DNA of 43,683 nucleotides from Pseudomonadota bacterium (lineage in GTDB: Bacteria > Bdellovibrionota_B > Oligoflexia > Silvanigrellales > Silvanigrellaceae): contig JBDLRP010000031.1 of assembly GCA_039799905.1 (NCBI GenBank), forward strand, positions 1 to 43,683. Direction: 5' to 3'. Of the stretch, positions 8,505-18,770 are shown piece by piece (the stretch's first letter is position 1; every line of letters begins with the position of its first letter). The notes beneath the pieces are model-generated. The model did no database searches. It saw nothing but the letters and a program-made list of their open reading frames with translations, and was not told the DNA's origin. The position numbers and the translations under genes were made by a program.

Positions 8505-8972
8505 ATGCCTAAAATTGCACGAACTCTAGTTGGTTTTGGCTTTCTTTGGATGTCTCTCTGGGCGACCTTTGGCGCGCTGATGGGAGCCAAACTGAACAAT
8601 GCCCTGCTCACTGAAGACAACGGCTGGCTGGGCGGGCTGCAACGTTCCATCCTGCGCAGCGCACACGCCCACATGAACATCATGTCACTGGTTCTCATTG
8701 CACTTGGTCTGACCTACGTGGCCGCGCGCCGCCGCGCCTCGGAAAAAACACTTGTCGCCTGCGCTATGAGCACCATGGGAGGCACCATCGTCTTTGGCCT
8801 CGGGCTGGTATGTGAGTCTTTCTTTCCGCCGCAGCGCGGAGCGATTCCATGGGCATCTGCCATCACCGCGCTCGGAGGTATTGTCTACATACTTGCAGTT
8901 GGCTTATGGGGTCTTGTTTTTCTCGGACGCAGCCGACACGATCAGCCCGACGAACGGATCACAATGAAATGA
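8505..8972 (+). CDS. Hypothetical 4-TM membrane protein with an HAH motif
   Basis: Four hydrophobic segments and RSAHAHMNIMS; ATGA overlap with the next gene supports it being real. Confidence 0.65.
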   Translation: MPKIARTLVGFGFLWMSLWATFGALMGAKLNNALLTEDNGWLGGLQRSILRSAHAHMNIMSLVLIALGLTYVAARRRASEKTLVACAMSTMGGTIVFGLGLVCESFFPPQRGAIPWASAITALGGIVYILAVGLWGLVFLGRSRHDQPDERITMK

Positions 8973-10207
8973 CGCCCCCGCGCGAGACAGCAGCGACACA
9001 CGCGACGACAGATTCAAAAACCGATCGATTTGCACCATTGTTGATTGTGCGGATGTCGGCCATCGGCGACACCATTCTCGCTGCGCGCACGCATGCGATT
9101 GCGCGCAACAAGGGCTACGCACCGTATTTGCTGACCCACTCCGGCAACGCTTCGCTTTTGAACTGCATGCCGCAGCTGGCCGGTGCCTGCCTGTCATCGG
9201 ACAACGGCTTAAGCTTCATGCTGCGTTCGGCGGAGAGCGGCGAGATGCTGCCGGTTGATGAAAAAACTTTCTCATCTGCTCTTGGAGATGACCTGCTCCG
9301 GCTGAAAAATTCAGCCGAAAAATATCCACGCACAATTCTGAACGTGGTTGATTTGCAGGCCACACGCCGCAGCCGGCGCGCCATTGCAATGCTTGAGCAG
9401 GTGATGTCGGGTCGAGGCATCTCATTGAGGACGCACACAGTGCGCAAACTCACCTTCTGGCGAATTTTACTCGTCGTCTGGAGCTACTGTGCCCGCACGC
9501 AGTTTCACGGCAGAGTGCCGCCGGCATGGCTGCAAAAAAAACTCGAACCTGTTCATGAACTACAGCGCAAAGTGATGATAAAATTACCCGACTTCGGTAG
9601 TCATCGCGGGAGCTCTGCACAGCTGCCTGTGTTGACGTTGCCATCTGCATTCTCCAAAAGAGAAAATGCACAACCCTATGTTGTTTTTTTGCTGGGCTCG
9701 AGCTACCGGCTGAAGAGCTGGCCGCGCGAATATTTTCGAGGACTCATCGGACAAATTCTAAGCAGCACCAATCTTCAGATTGTGCTGTGCGGCGGCAAGG
9801 ATGACCGGCCCGCAGGGGAGTATCTGGAATTCAATCACCGAGAGCGAATTCTCAATCTCACCGGCGCAACGTCGCTCGCGGAAACTCTCGCGTGGATTGC
9901 CGGTGCAAAATATGTTGTCACGGGTGATTCCTTTGCCAGCCATGCCGCTGACCTTTTGGGCACACCTGTAAGTGTTCTGTTCGGCTCGACACACCCGCTG
10001 CTCGGCTTTGCCCCCGAGGGAACCCACACCTATGTTCATCACTCCGGACTCTCCTGCAGCCCTTGCAGCCGGCATGGACAGGGTGAGTGCAGATTCAAGA
10101 ATCTGAGGTGTCTGACCAGCATAAAACCTGAACAAGTGTTCTCTAAAATAGAGCATTCTCTCGACATTTGCCGTCAGAATCCTGACGACCGATCGCCACA
10201 GAGTTGA
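8969..10207 (+). CDS. Glycosyltransferase family 9 (LPS heptosyltransferase-like)
   Basis: RMSAIGDTIL, KSWP..YF, TGDSFASHAA, LFGSTHP and a Cys-rich C-terminus CSPC...C...C; ATG 8969 overlaps the upstream TGA. Confidence 0.85.
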   Translation: MTPPRETAATHATTDSKTDRFAPLLIVRMSAIGDTILAARTHAIARNKGYAPYLLTHSGNASLLNCMPQLAGACLSSDNGLSFMLRSAESGEMLPVDEKTFSSALGDDLLRLKNSAEKYPRTILNVVDLQATRRSRRAIAMLEQVMSGRGISLRTHTVRKLTFWRILLVVWSYCARTQFHGRVPPAWLQKKLEPVHELQRKVMIKLPDFGSHRGSSAQLPVLTLPSAFSKRENAQPYVVFLLGSSYRLKSWPREYFRGLIGQILSSTNLQIVLCGGKDDRPAGEYLEFNHRERILNLTGATSLAETLAWIAGAKYVVTGDSFASHAADLLGTPVSVLFGSTHPLLGFAPEGTHTYVHHSGLSCSPCSRHGQGECRFKNLRCLTSIKPEQVFSKIEHSLDICRQNPDDRSPQS

Positions 10208-10258
10208 CTCTTGACCTTTCAAATCCGCGAAAATCAATGAAAATTGAGTCAAGGGGGT

Positions 10259-11110
10259 ATGTCTGATTTGCTAAACGCACGCACACCGACAAACCGATCT
10301 GGGTGGCTGCCCGCATTTTTATGCGCTGCAGTTCTCACGTTTGTTGCCTGCACGAAAAGCAAAACGACTCCTGCGGTCGAACAGGACACTCTTACAACCG
10401 ACATGACCTCGCACAATTTTGCGACCGGCGGCTATACCATCTTGGATGGCGGCTGGAGCGCGGTTGACTTTAAGGGTCATATTTTACCGGACGACAGATA
10501 CGGTAAAGAAAACTTTCTACAATTCGACGGCGAGCGCAAACAGATACAGTTTTATACACTCGACAGTGAAGCGCGCAGCGGAGTGCTGCCTAATCCGACA
10601 CCCGAGGAACCTGTCAGCGCAGAAACGGCTCTCAGCGAGCTGCTCCGCACCGAACCCAACGTCAACTCGGCCAACGCATTGCTCTCATTCGTCCGGCTCG
10701 GCGCACTCGCCAAAGATTTCAGCATCGGACAACCCAAAGCGGTGACACTGCCGTTTACAATTGTGACCAACCGCGACGAACTTCCCTACTCACCAAAGCC
10801 CGGTGCCGGGCCGGAGTGGAATCAGTTCATCCGCGACTACTGCGGCGGCTTTCAAAATCCGAGTCTTGGCTTCATCTGGCTGGATACGCACCGCAAATAC
10901 TGTCTGAAGGTTTGGAACGGACAAAATAGGCAGCTCATGCGCCTGCGTGCACTTGTCAGCTTGCCGCGCAGCAATACTTCTTCGGTACTCGAAGCGCGCG
11001 TCAGTCCTTGGATCACGCTCACCCGCTCGGTGGCTGCACCAACACCGACAGCAATTCCCGACGCAGAACTTTCGCAACCCGCGGCTCCTGCAGACTCAGC
11101 GAAAAAGTGA
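10259..11110 (+). CDS. Hypothetical lipoprotein
   Basis: Hydrophobic stretch ending in lipobox FVAC; RBS AAGGGGG; Pro/Ala-rich tail. Start may instead be TTG 10244. Confidence 0.6.
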   Translation: MSDLLNARTPTNRSGWLPAFLCAAVLTFVACTKSKTTPAVEQDTLTTDMTSHNFATGGYTILDGGWSAVDFKGHILPDDRYGKENFLQFDGERKQIQFYTLDSEARSGVLPNPTPEEPVSAETALSELLRTEPNVNSANALLSFVRLGALAKDFSIGQPKAVTLPFTIVTNRDELPYSPKPGAGPEWNQFIRDYCGGFQNPSLGFIWLDTHRKYCLKVWNGQNRQLMRLRALVSLPRSNTSSVLEARVSPWITLTRSVAAPTPTAIPDAELSQPAAPADSAKK

Positions 11111-12598
11111 TCAGACGATTGCCCACAGCGCGGGATCTTCACCCAACCAAAAAATAATGTCCGACAACGAGGCGCGTGCGCGAACGAAAGGTGAAAACCT
11201 GATTGCCCAACGATACTCAAGCGCCGAGGTGGGCTGTGAAAGCTGCTCAACAAGAACTGGCAATCCCGACTGCACCAGCAAACTGCGCATTTCATCGGCC
11301 GAAATCACCAACGTCCGGAGGTGCGCGCGTGTGGCAGGCCATTGTTCCTCGATTTCGGCATGCTTTTCTTGCGCCTTAATCCACAGCTCGTTTTTCTTCA
11401 GATAGTCGGCGGTGAAGATCTCGCAGGCACGATCGATGTCCTCCTGCAATGATTCTAATCCTCTCTTGCGTTCCTCTGCTGTGAGTGCAGCTTCCGCGGC
11501 ACCGTAATAAGGTGCTGTGACCAGCAGTTGCCGGATGATTCGTTTTACCTGCTCAGCAGTCGCTGGACGGTGGCTGTGGACGTCTATTTTTTCAAGCGCC
11601 AGAAGCTGATCAAAAGACTCGGCACTCGAGAGGCTTGCAAGTGCCACTTGTTCGCCATGCCAGCAGAGCGGGCGACGGCTCGTCAGTCGCAAATAATCAA
11701 GGGCATGACTGATGGTGTGTTCATAACCGCTCAGCGGAGTTGTTTCGCCGGAAACTGACATAGCGATTCCTGCCATCGCGAGCGTCGCCGACAGCTCCTC
11801 AGCGGCCGCATGACTGACAGGCCACTTGTTCAACTCTGGAGCGGACTTTTTCAATATATTTGAAAACGGTTCCATCAACCGGAACGCCAGTTCATCGTAG
11901 CGCGCTGCAACTCCAAAACGCCACGCCAGATACCAGTCACCATAGGCAACAAAACGCGCAAGCAAATCGCCGTAACCAGCGCGTGTCATAGAAGCAGGTG
12001 CAGCGGCAAGCACTGGTGCGAACCACAGGCAATGATCAACACGCCGCGAAAGTCGCGTGCGCTTAGCACCGGATTCCTCGAGCACGGCAAAGTGCGACGT
12101 GAATGCCGTCACAGTCAGAGCCGTCGGCACAACAATAAACGGAGTTTCATTCCAAGAGAGTTCAAACAGAGCGTGCTTGACGATGTCGGTCACCGAGCCA
12201 CTGCCAAGCACAACAACAGCTGCTGCATGCCGATTGGACAAATGCTTTGCAAGACTTGCAACTGCTGAAACAGAAGCGTGTACTTCAAAGGGCTCAACGC
12301 CCAACAATTCCGCAAGAGATATTTTTTCAACAAGAAGCTTTTCTCCGTCGAGCAGCTGCACAAGGAGATCGTCTGCCGAAAGCTCTCCGCATCCCGAATT
12401 CTTGGAAACTCCGTCTGAAATCAAAAGAACCGGCAACCGCGTGTCGATACCGACTGAAGCAGCGAGCGAGCGCTGTAGCGTGTGTCTGTCGGCAGCAAAA
12501 CTATTCGCTGTAGGCAACTTCACTTGCTCGGCAGACAGCGCTGCGGCGAGTGTCTCCTCAACGAGAGAAAAACTTTTGGATGAATGAATGTTGCTCAT
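11111..12598 (-). CDS. sn-glycerol-1-phosphate dehydrogenase-like (EgsA/AraM family, DHQS/Fe-ADH superfamily)
   Basis: GSGSVTDIVK, VPTA...FTS, AGYGDLLA..DW, SGYEHTISHALD and HGEQV motifs; ATG 12598 with GAGG RBS, 25 bp after the lgt stop. Confidence 0.8.
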   Translation of the reverse strand: MSNIHSSKSFSLVEETLAAALSAEQVKLPTANSFAADRHTLQRSLAASVGIDTRLPVLLISDGVSKNSGCGELSADDLLVQLLDGEKLLVEKISLAELLGVEPFEVHASVSAVASLAKHLSNRHAAAVVVLGSGSVTDIVKHALFELSWNETPFIVVPTALTVTAFTSHFAVLEESGAKRTRLSRRVDHCLWFAPVLAAAPASMTRAGYGDLLARFVAYGDWYLAWRFGVAARYDELAFRLMEPFSNILKKSAPELNKWPVSHAAAEELSATLAMAGIAMSVSGETTPLSGYEHTISHALDYLRLTSRRPLCWHGEQVALASLSSAESFDQLLALEKIDVHSHRPATAEQVKRIIRQLLVTAPYYGAAEAALTAEERKRGLESLQEDIDRACEIFTADYLKKNELWIKAQEKHAEIEEQWPATRAHLRTLVISADEMRSLLVQSGLPVLVEQLSQPTSALEYRWAIRFSPFVRARASLSDIIFWLGEDPALWAIV

Positions 12599-12623
12599 GA
12601 CAATCCTCGCTGCAGCGCGGCGA

Positions 12624-13454
12624 TCAGAGGTCCGGGCGGCTCTCGGAGATGCGCATGCGGACAAGACAGTACGCACAAAACCCAATGATGAGAAGAGAAA
12701 TTCCGCTTGAAGTGGAAATCTGTGTGGCAAAAAAAGTTCCCCGTGGATCACCGCGGAAGCTCTCGTTGAAAATCCGGTGGGCAGCCGAAAGCAGAGCAAC
12801 CCAAGCCGCCGTTCGGCCGCTGCGGCCTGAGTGTCCCTGCGGGTGATAGTGACGAAGAAGAAAAAAACCGATCCCTGCAATCAGCCAAGAGGCGATTGTC
12901 TCCTCGAGCTGCACGGGATACCTGTAGAGACCACCGTCACGCAAAACCTCAAAACGCACTGCCCACCAGGGCGGCTCAGACTGATGAGGGATCGGCATTC
13001 CATAGTCGTCACCGTTGAGAAAACAACCAATCCGGCCTACACCCAAAGCGAAAACTCCGCCCAAAATTCCACAATCGAGGGCCAGCTTGAGGTCGACACC
13101 CCGCCAGCGGATATATGCGCTTCCCAACACCACAGCTGCGCAGGCACCACCGTAAAAAGTCATCGGACCAATGGAAAAAAGCTCGATGACAAACTGTGAA
13201 ATGGTGGTCACTTCAAACTGTTCAACAACAATGCTCAGCGCTCGTGCTCCGAACCAGCCCGCGAGGTAGCAAATCACAAACAGCGTGCTTAAAGACTCAA
13301 GAAAGCGTTCTGCCTGAACGCTCTCTGCGACGCGCTTTTGCACCCAACGGCCGGCAACATGAGCGAGTGCGTACGCCGACAAGGCGGCCAGCACAAAAAA
13401 GAAATGCCAGGAAGGAACTCCCCAGCCAAAAATTTCAAACAGGATTGGACGCAT
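12624..13454 (-). CDS. lgt: Prolipoprotein diacylglyceryl transferase
   Basis: MRPILF, GARAL, MTFYGG, GRIGCFLNGDDYG, YPVQL.E and ESFRGD motifs. Confidence 0.9.
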   Translation of the reverse strand: MRPILFEIFGWGVPSWHFFFVLAALSAYALAHVAGRWVQKRVAESVQAERFLESLSTLFVICYLAGWFGARALSIVVEQFEVTTISQFVIELFSIGPMTFYGGACAAVVLGSAYIRWRGVDLKLALDCGILGGVFALGVGRIGCFLNGDDYGMPIPHQSEPPWWAVRFEVLRDGGLYRYPVQLEETIASWLIAGIGFFLLRHYHPQGHSGRSGRTAAWVALLSAAHRIFNESFRGDPRGTFFATQISTSSGISLLIIGFCAYCLVRMRISESRPDL

Positions 13455-13503
13455 CCGAACTCCCGCCCGCGCCAGTGCGGCGCAGATTCACTCAGAGCAG
13501 GTG

Positions 13504-15111
13504 TTAATGACCCGTATTCATGCCGGTCGTTGGCGGATCCTGCACGGCAGGCGCGGAGCCTGTCTGCGGCTCTTCCATGCGGGCTGGAATTTCGCGCGCA
13601 AAGGTCGGGTTAATGGTGGCAACCCAACGCGGGCCGATAATACCGACGATCAAACTTGCAGCAGCGACGAGTCCGACGAGCACGCGAACGTCGCGCGCAT
13701 CTTCATTATCCTGTGGGTTGACCGAACTGCGGGTGGCTGGTTTGAGCCAGATCTCCACCAAAATAGAAAGATAATAGAACAGTGAGATGCAGCTCAGAAC
13801 CACCATCACGACGGCGAGCCCGAGTAGGCCGACCGAAACAGCCGAGGTGATGAGCATGAACTTTCCAAAGAAGCCGGCCGCAGGCGGGATACCCGCAAGG
13901 CCGAGAATAAAGATGGTCAGGCACACAGCCGCAAACGGCGCACGCTTGCCCAAACCTGCGAGTTCTTCCTTCAGCAGATCTTCGCGGCTGCTGTCTTCAA
14001 GCCACGCAAGAATCGCGAACGCACCGAGGTTGAGGATTGTGTAGATCGCAGTATAGGCGAGCACCGCCTGACGGGCTTCGACACTCTTGGGAGCCAAGGC
14101 GAGCGTCGCAAAAGCAAGACAAAAATATCCCGCATTGGCGATCGACGAATAGGCAAGCATGCGCTTGACGCTGTTGTGCACAAGACCAAACACCGAACCT
14201 ACGAGAATCGACAACGTCGCCAATACCCAGAAAACTTTCGCAATCCACGCAGAGTTGTCCTGTCCGCCAAAGCCGTTGCCTAGAATGCGCAACACAACCA
14301 TCACGATCCCGACTTTAACGAGTGTGGACATGTAACCAGTCAGAGTGGAGTGAGCGCCTTGATAGACATCGGGTCCCCACGAATGAAACGGAGCAATACC
14401 GAGCTTAAATGCCAGACCGCAAATGAAAAGCAGCAGTCCTATGACTGCAAACGGGTTGCTCAATGAGACATTGAGGGTCGCAAAATCAGCCCAGCGCAGA
14501 GACCCGGTATTGAGGTAGATCAGCGCCATTCCCATCAGGATGATGGCCGATGCGGTTGCACCCATCAAAAAATATTTCATCGCAGCTTCCATGCCGCGCA
14601 CATCCGCGCGCTGGTAGCCGACAAGCACGTAGAGCGAAACGCTCATCAGCTCGAGACCTGTGAAGAACGCCATAAACTCGCCTGCGGACGCAAGAATCAT
14701 GATTCCGGCAGAGGCGAACATCAGCAGACACACAAGTTCGGGACGCAACAATTGCCGGCCGGAGTTGGAGATCTCAGCCATGAAAAGCGTGAACATGGTG
14801 CCCAGTCCGACAATCAAAAAACTAAACTGACTGATTTGATCGCCCAAAAATCCGCTTGCCAGCCAAGCCGGCGGCTGTGCAGGGTTGGCACCAAATGAGT
14901 TGGGTGCGGCCAGCAGCAGCAAAGGGACAATGACCGATGGAAAGCAACTGATGAAACCGATTTGATAAGAGAGCATGTTGGGTCGGTCAGGATTGCCGCG
15001 AAACACTCCCACCATCAATGCAACCAACCCGCCGATGAGCATGGCCAAAATTGGAGCGGCGTGCAGATAAAATGCCGCAGAAGGAAAAACCAGATTTAAA
15101 CTCTCACTCAT
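13504..15111 (-). CDS. nuoN: NADH-quinone oxidoreductase subunit N
   Basis: GLELMS, EAAMKYF, FKLGIAPFHSWGPDVYQG, KRMLAYSSI and LAGIPP..GFFGKF. Confidence 0.95.
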   Translation of the reverse strand: MSESLNLVFPSAAFYLHAAPILAMLIGGLVALMVGVFRGNPDRPNMLSYQIGFISCFPSVIVPLLLLAAPNSFGANPAQPPAWLASGFLGDQISQFSFLIVGLGTMFTLFMAEISNSGRQLLRPELVCLLMFASAGIMILASAGEFMAFFTGLELMSVSLYVLVGYQRADVRGMEAAMKYFLMGATASAIILMGMALIYLNTGSLRWADFATLNVSLSNPFAVIGLLLFICGLAFKLGIAPFHSWGPDVYQGAHSTLTGYMSTLVKVGIVMVVLRILGNGFGGQDNSAWIAKVFWVLATLSILVGSVFGLVHNSVKRMLAYSSIANAGYFCLAFATLALAPKSVEARQAVLAYTAIYTILNLGAFAILAWLEDSSREDLLKEELAGLGKRAPFAAVCLTIFILGLAGIPPAAGFFGKFMLITSAVSVGLLGLAVVMVVLSCISLFYYLSILVEIWLKPATRSSVNPQDNEDARDVRVLVGLVAAASLIVGIIGPRWVATINPTFAREIPARMEEPQTGSAPAVQDPPTTGMNTGH

Positions 15112-15170
15112 TTCTCACTCCAGAACTCATGCCGTTCAGTCGGCGGCTCACGGTCGGACTTTCAAACAGG

Positions 15171-16739
15171 TCAGCGCTGCATCATCACCCGCAGCGGCTC
15201 GTCTGAACCTCTGTGGATCACCAGCTCCGTCTTGTAGGCTTCTTTGCTGTTGACGCTCTGTTGCAGTTTCTTCATGGTCGGTTCGGTGTGCGCCAGCAAG
15301 GGAGTCGACAAGAACCCGGTTGCAAAGACGAAAACCGACAGCGTGCCAAGAATGAATGCCTCGCGTGGATTGCAGTCGCTGAGTTTTTTGTTTTCTTCGT
15401 TTTGAAGTGGTCCCCAAACAACCTTCAGCACCAGCCACAACATATAGATTGCACCGAGGATCACGCCCGTCCCGGCGAGTGTCGCCAAGACTGGTGAGGT
15501 TTGGAATACACCATTGAGGATCATCCACTCACCGATGAAGCCACCGGTTCCCGGCAGAGCCACTGAGCCCATAGTCGCCACAACAAAAAAGAATGCGTAC
15601 CACGGCATCTGCTTGGCAAGTCCACCGTACTCACTCATCTCGCGGGTGTGACGGCGTTCATACACAACACCAATGAGAAGGAACAAAGCTCCCGTAGACA
15701 CGCCATGGTTGACCATCTGATAAAGTGCGCCGGTGAAACCCAGCTCGTTGAATGCAAACATTCCCGCAACAACAAAACCCAAGTGGCTCACAGAAGAATA
15801 GGCGACGAGTTTTTTGATGTCAGTCTGTCGCCAAGCGATGAGTGCGCCATAAATAATCCCAATCACACCGAGGGTGATCATTACGGGCGCGGCTGTATGC
15901 GCGGCTTCTGGGAACATCGGAATACTCATGCGCATGAGTCCATAGGTACCCATTTTGAGCAACACACCCGCCAGAATCACCGAACCCGGAGTCGGCGCCT
16001 GAACGTGAGCGTCGGGCAACCAAGTGTGGAACGGAAAGAGCGGAACTTTGATGGCAAAGGCAAGCGCGGTGGCGGCAAAAAGCCACAACTGCGTGTCCGC
16101 CGGCAAAGCGGCGGCCGTCTTGTAGAGCTCAATCAGGCTGGTCGTGAAAATGCGGTTGGTTTCGTAGTGGGCATAATAGAGGTATGCGAACGCAACCAAC
16201 ATCAGCAAGCTTCCAACCACTGTGTAGATAAAAAACTTTGTCGTGGCGTAGATGCGATCTTTGCCGCCCCAGACACCGATAATGAAATACATCGGGATCA
16301 GCATCGCTTCCCAGAAAACATAGAACAGAACCAAATCAAGGCTGACCAGCGCACCGATCATCGCAGACTCGAGCACAAGAAACAGCGCCAGAAAAGACTT
16401 CACGTTATTTTCAATGGATGAGTAACTCGAGAGAAAAACCAGCGGACAAAGCACGGTTGTGAGAATCACGAGCAACAAACTAAGACCATCAACACCGACT
16501 GTGTAGCGGATTCCAGAGCTATGCGGCAGCCACGCCAAATCCTGAGCAAACTGCATTGCAGAGGAGTCTGCATTGAAGTGGGCAATCAAGTGGAAGGACA
16601 ACAACATTTCGATGACCGAGATGGCGACGGCCAGATGACGTGCCTTCTGCACATCCTTTGTCAGTGCCACAAACAACGCACCGAGCAGCGGAAAGAAGAT
16701 GAGCAGGGAAAGAATCCACTGCGAGATCAGCGAGACCAT
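15171..16739 (-). CDS. nuoM: NADH-quinone oxidoreductase subunit M
   Basis: FYVFWEAMLIPMY, KVPLFPFHTWLPDAHVQAPT, LLKMGTYG and KKLVAYSSVSH. Confidence 0.96.
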   Translation of the reverse strand: MVSLISQWILSLLIFFPLLGALFVALTKDVQKARHLAVAISVIEMLLSFHLIAHFNADSSAMQFAQDLAWLPHSSGIRYTVGVDGLSLLLVILTTVLCPLVFLSSYSSIENNVKSFLALFLVLESAMIGALVSLDLVLFYVFWEAMLIPMYFIIGVWGGKDRIYATTKFFIYTVVGSLLMLVAFAYLYYAHYETNRIFTTSLIELYKTAAALPADTQLWLFAATALAFAIKVPLFPFHTWLPDAHVQAPTPGSVILAGVLLKMGTYGLMRMSIPMFPEAAHTAAPVMITLGVIGIIYGALIAWRQTDIKKLVAYSSVSHLGFVVAGMFAFNELGFTGALYQMVNHGVSTGALFLLIGVVYERRHTREMSEYGGLAKQMPWYAFFFVVATMGSVALPGTGGFIGEWMILNGVFQTSPVLATLAGTGVILGAIYMLWLVLKVVWGPLQNEENKKLSDCNPREAFILGTLSVFVFATGFLSTPLLAHTEPTMKKLQQSVNSKEAYKTELVIHRGSDEPLRVMMQR

Positions 16740-16773
16740 AAAATGAAACTCCTCTTTCGAAACTCAGCTGCGC

Positions 16774-18768
16774 TCAGATAAATATCCAGATGCACAGAGC
16801 AACAATCCCGATGAACAACACCTTGAGATAGTTGCGCACCAAACCAGACTGAACATCACTCAGAACTGAAGTCACCAAGTAAATGCCGCGCGGGCCCTCG
16901 TTGATGATGCCTTCAATAATCGCTCGGTCGCCCACCTTGAAAAACACGTCGCCAGCCTTTTTCAACGGTTCGATAATCACAGCCTGGTAAAGTTCGTCGA
17001 TTCTCCACTTATCCAAAATCAGCCGGTACAGGCCACCCACCGCCTGAGCGATGGACTCGCCGCCCTTGGGTCCTGACTTGTAGAGCGAAATGGCAAAGCC
17101 GCTCATGACCAGCATGATGAGTGTCGACGTACCCATCAGACCCCATTCGAGCGCTGCGGAGCCGTGAGCGTCGCCATGTACCGCAGTCATCGTTTGTTTT
17201 GCTGCAGATATCACTGGTGAGAGCCATTGAGTGATCAGATTTTCGCTCGCATGAATGCCAAGCACGTGCATAATCGCGTGCGGCATCGAAACGTAGCCGC
17301 CAATCACCGACAACACTGCGAGGATCATCAGCGGCAGAGTCATAGCCAAAGGATTCTCGTGGATCTCATGATGGTGATGATCGTCGTGTCCGTGTCCGTG
17401 GTGGTGGCCATGCTCGACGCGGCTTTCACCAAAGAACACCAAATAAGTCAGGCGTACCATGTAAAAGCTTGTGCAGGCAGCGGCCAACGCACCGGTCGCC
17501 CACAACAGCGGATGACCAAATGTTCCCGACCATGCGTAATAAAGAATTTCGTCTTTTGAGAAGAATCCGGAAAGCCCCGGAAAACCGATGATGGCCAACG
17601 TGCCGATTACGAAAGTCCAGCCGGTGATTGGCATCTTTTTGATAAGTCCGCCCATCTTACGGATGTCTTGCTCGTGGTGCATCGCGTGAATGACACTGCC
17701 GGCTCCGAGGAACAGCAGGGCCTTAAAGAACGCGTGCGTCATCAGGTGTGCGACGCCAAACTGAAATGCACCCACACCGCAACCGAGCACCATGAATCCA
17801 AGCTGACTGACCGTGGAGTAGGCGAGGACTTTTTTGATGTCGTTTTGCACAAGGCCGATTGTCGCCGCAAACAGCGCCGTTGCAGCACCAATGACAGCAA
17901 TCGTCGTCATGGCTTCGGGGCTGTGTACAAGCAAAAAGCTCATACGGGTCATTAGATAAATGCCCGACGTCACCATTGTTGCTGCATGGATGAGCGCAGA
18001 CACTGGAGTCGGGCCAGCCATCGCGTCAGGCAGCCAGATATAAAGCGGCAGCTGGGCCGATTTACCGGTCACGCCAAGCAGCAGACAAAGACCAATTGCC
18101 GTGAGCATCGGACCGTTGTTCGCGGCAAGCTCGTTTGTCAGTGCCTCGGCGATCTGAGCATAATCGAGAGTTCCGAAAAGCTTGACGGACATAAACATCG
18201 CAAGAAGAAAGCCGAGGTCCCCGACGCGGTTTGCAACAAACGCCTTCATGCCGGCGCGCGCATTGGCCTCGTCCGAATACCAGTAGCCAATGAGAAGATA
18301 AGAGCAAACACCCACGCCTTCCCAGCCAAGAAACGTTACGACCATGTTCGAACCAAGCACGAGCGAGAGCATCGAGAAGACGAACAGATTCAGGTACGCA
18401 AAAAACCGGTACACGCCCTTTTCATGCGACATATATTCACCCGCGTAGAGGTGAATCAAACTGCCGACTCCTGTGATGATGAGCAGAAGAATACCCGACA
18501 GTCGATCGACCGTCAGGCTGAAGGGAACTTCAAGCCGGCCTTCATTGAACGGCACCGAAATCCACGTGAACAAATCCGTGCGGACAACTTCGCCTGCGCT
18601 GACAGGACCAAAGACCAGCAAACATGAGAGCACGAACGGAATGGCAATTGCGAGTGTCGCAACAGTGACCGTTACAAGACGGGGCGCACTGCGCAGAAAA
18701 AACCCGTTCAGCACGGAACCGAGCAACGGTATGAGCAGAACAGCGGCGAGCATCGTCTGATAGTTCAT
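16774..18768 (-). CDS. nuoL: NADH-quinone oxidoreductase subunit L
   Basis: GWEGVGVCSYLLIG, GKSAQLPL..WLPDAMAGPTPVSALIHAATMV and THAFFKALLFL. Confidence 0.97.
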   Translation of the reverse strand: MNYQTMLAAVLLIPLLGSVLNGFFLRSAPRLVTVTVATLAIAIPFVLSCLLVFGPVSAGEVVRTDLFTWISVPFNEGRLEVPFSLTVDRLSGILLLIITGVGSLIHLYAGEYMSHEKGVYRFFAYLNLFVFSMLSLVLGSNMVVTFLGWEGVGVCSYLLIGYWYSDEANARAGMKAFVANRVGDLGFLLAMFMSVKLFGTLDYAQIAEALTNELAANNGPMLTAIGLCLLLGVTGKSAQLPLYIWLPDAMAGPTPVSALIHAATMVTSGIYLMTRMSFLLVHSPEAMTTIAVIGAATALFAATIGLVQNDIKKVLAYSTVSQLGFMVLGCGVGAFQFGVAHLMTHAFFKALLFLGAGSVIHAMHHEQDIRKMGGLIKKMPITGWTFVIGTLAIIGFPGLSGFFSKDEILYYAWSGTFGHPLLWATGALAAACTSFYMVRLTYLVFFGESRVEHGHHHGHGHDDHHHHEIHENPLAMTLPLMILAVLSVIGGYVSMPHAIMHVLGIHASENLITQWLSPVISAAKQTMTAVHGDAHGSAALEWGLMGTSTLIMLVMSGFAISLYKSGPKGGESIAQAVGGLYRLILDKWRIDELYQAVIIEPLKKAGDVFFKVGDRAIIEGIINEGPRGIYLVTSVLSDVQSGLVRNYLKVLFIGIVALCIWIFI

Positions 18769-18770
18769 GA

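Noticed and set aside
12599..12880. N-terminal extension of the 589-aa ORF suggesting a longer protein overlapping lgt
   Set aside because: It overlaps the lgt coding region in another frame; ATG 12598 has an RBS and precedes the domain.
17365..17415. His-rich tract HGHHHGHGHDDHHHH in NuoL
   Set aside because: His-rich loops at this position are common in bacterial NuoL; not a repeat element.
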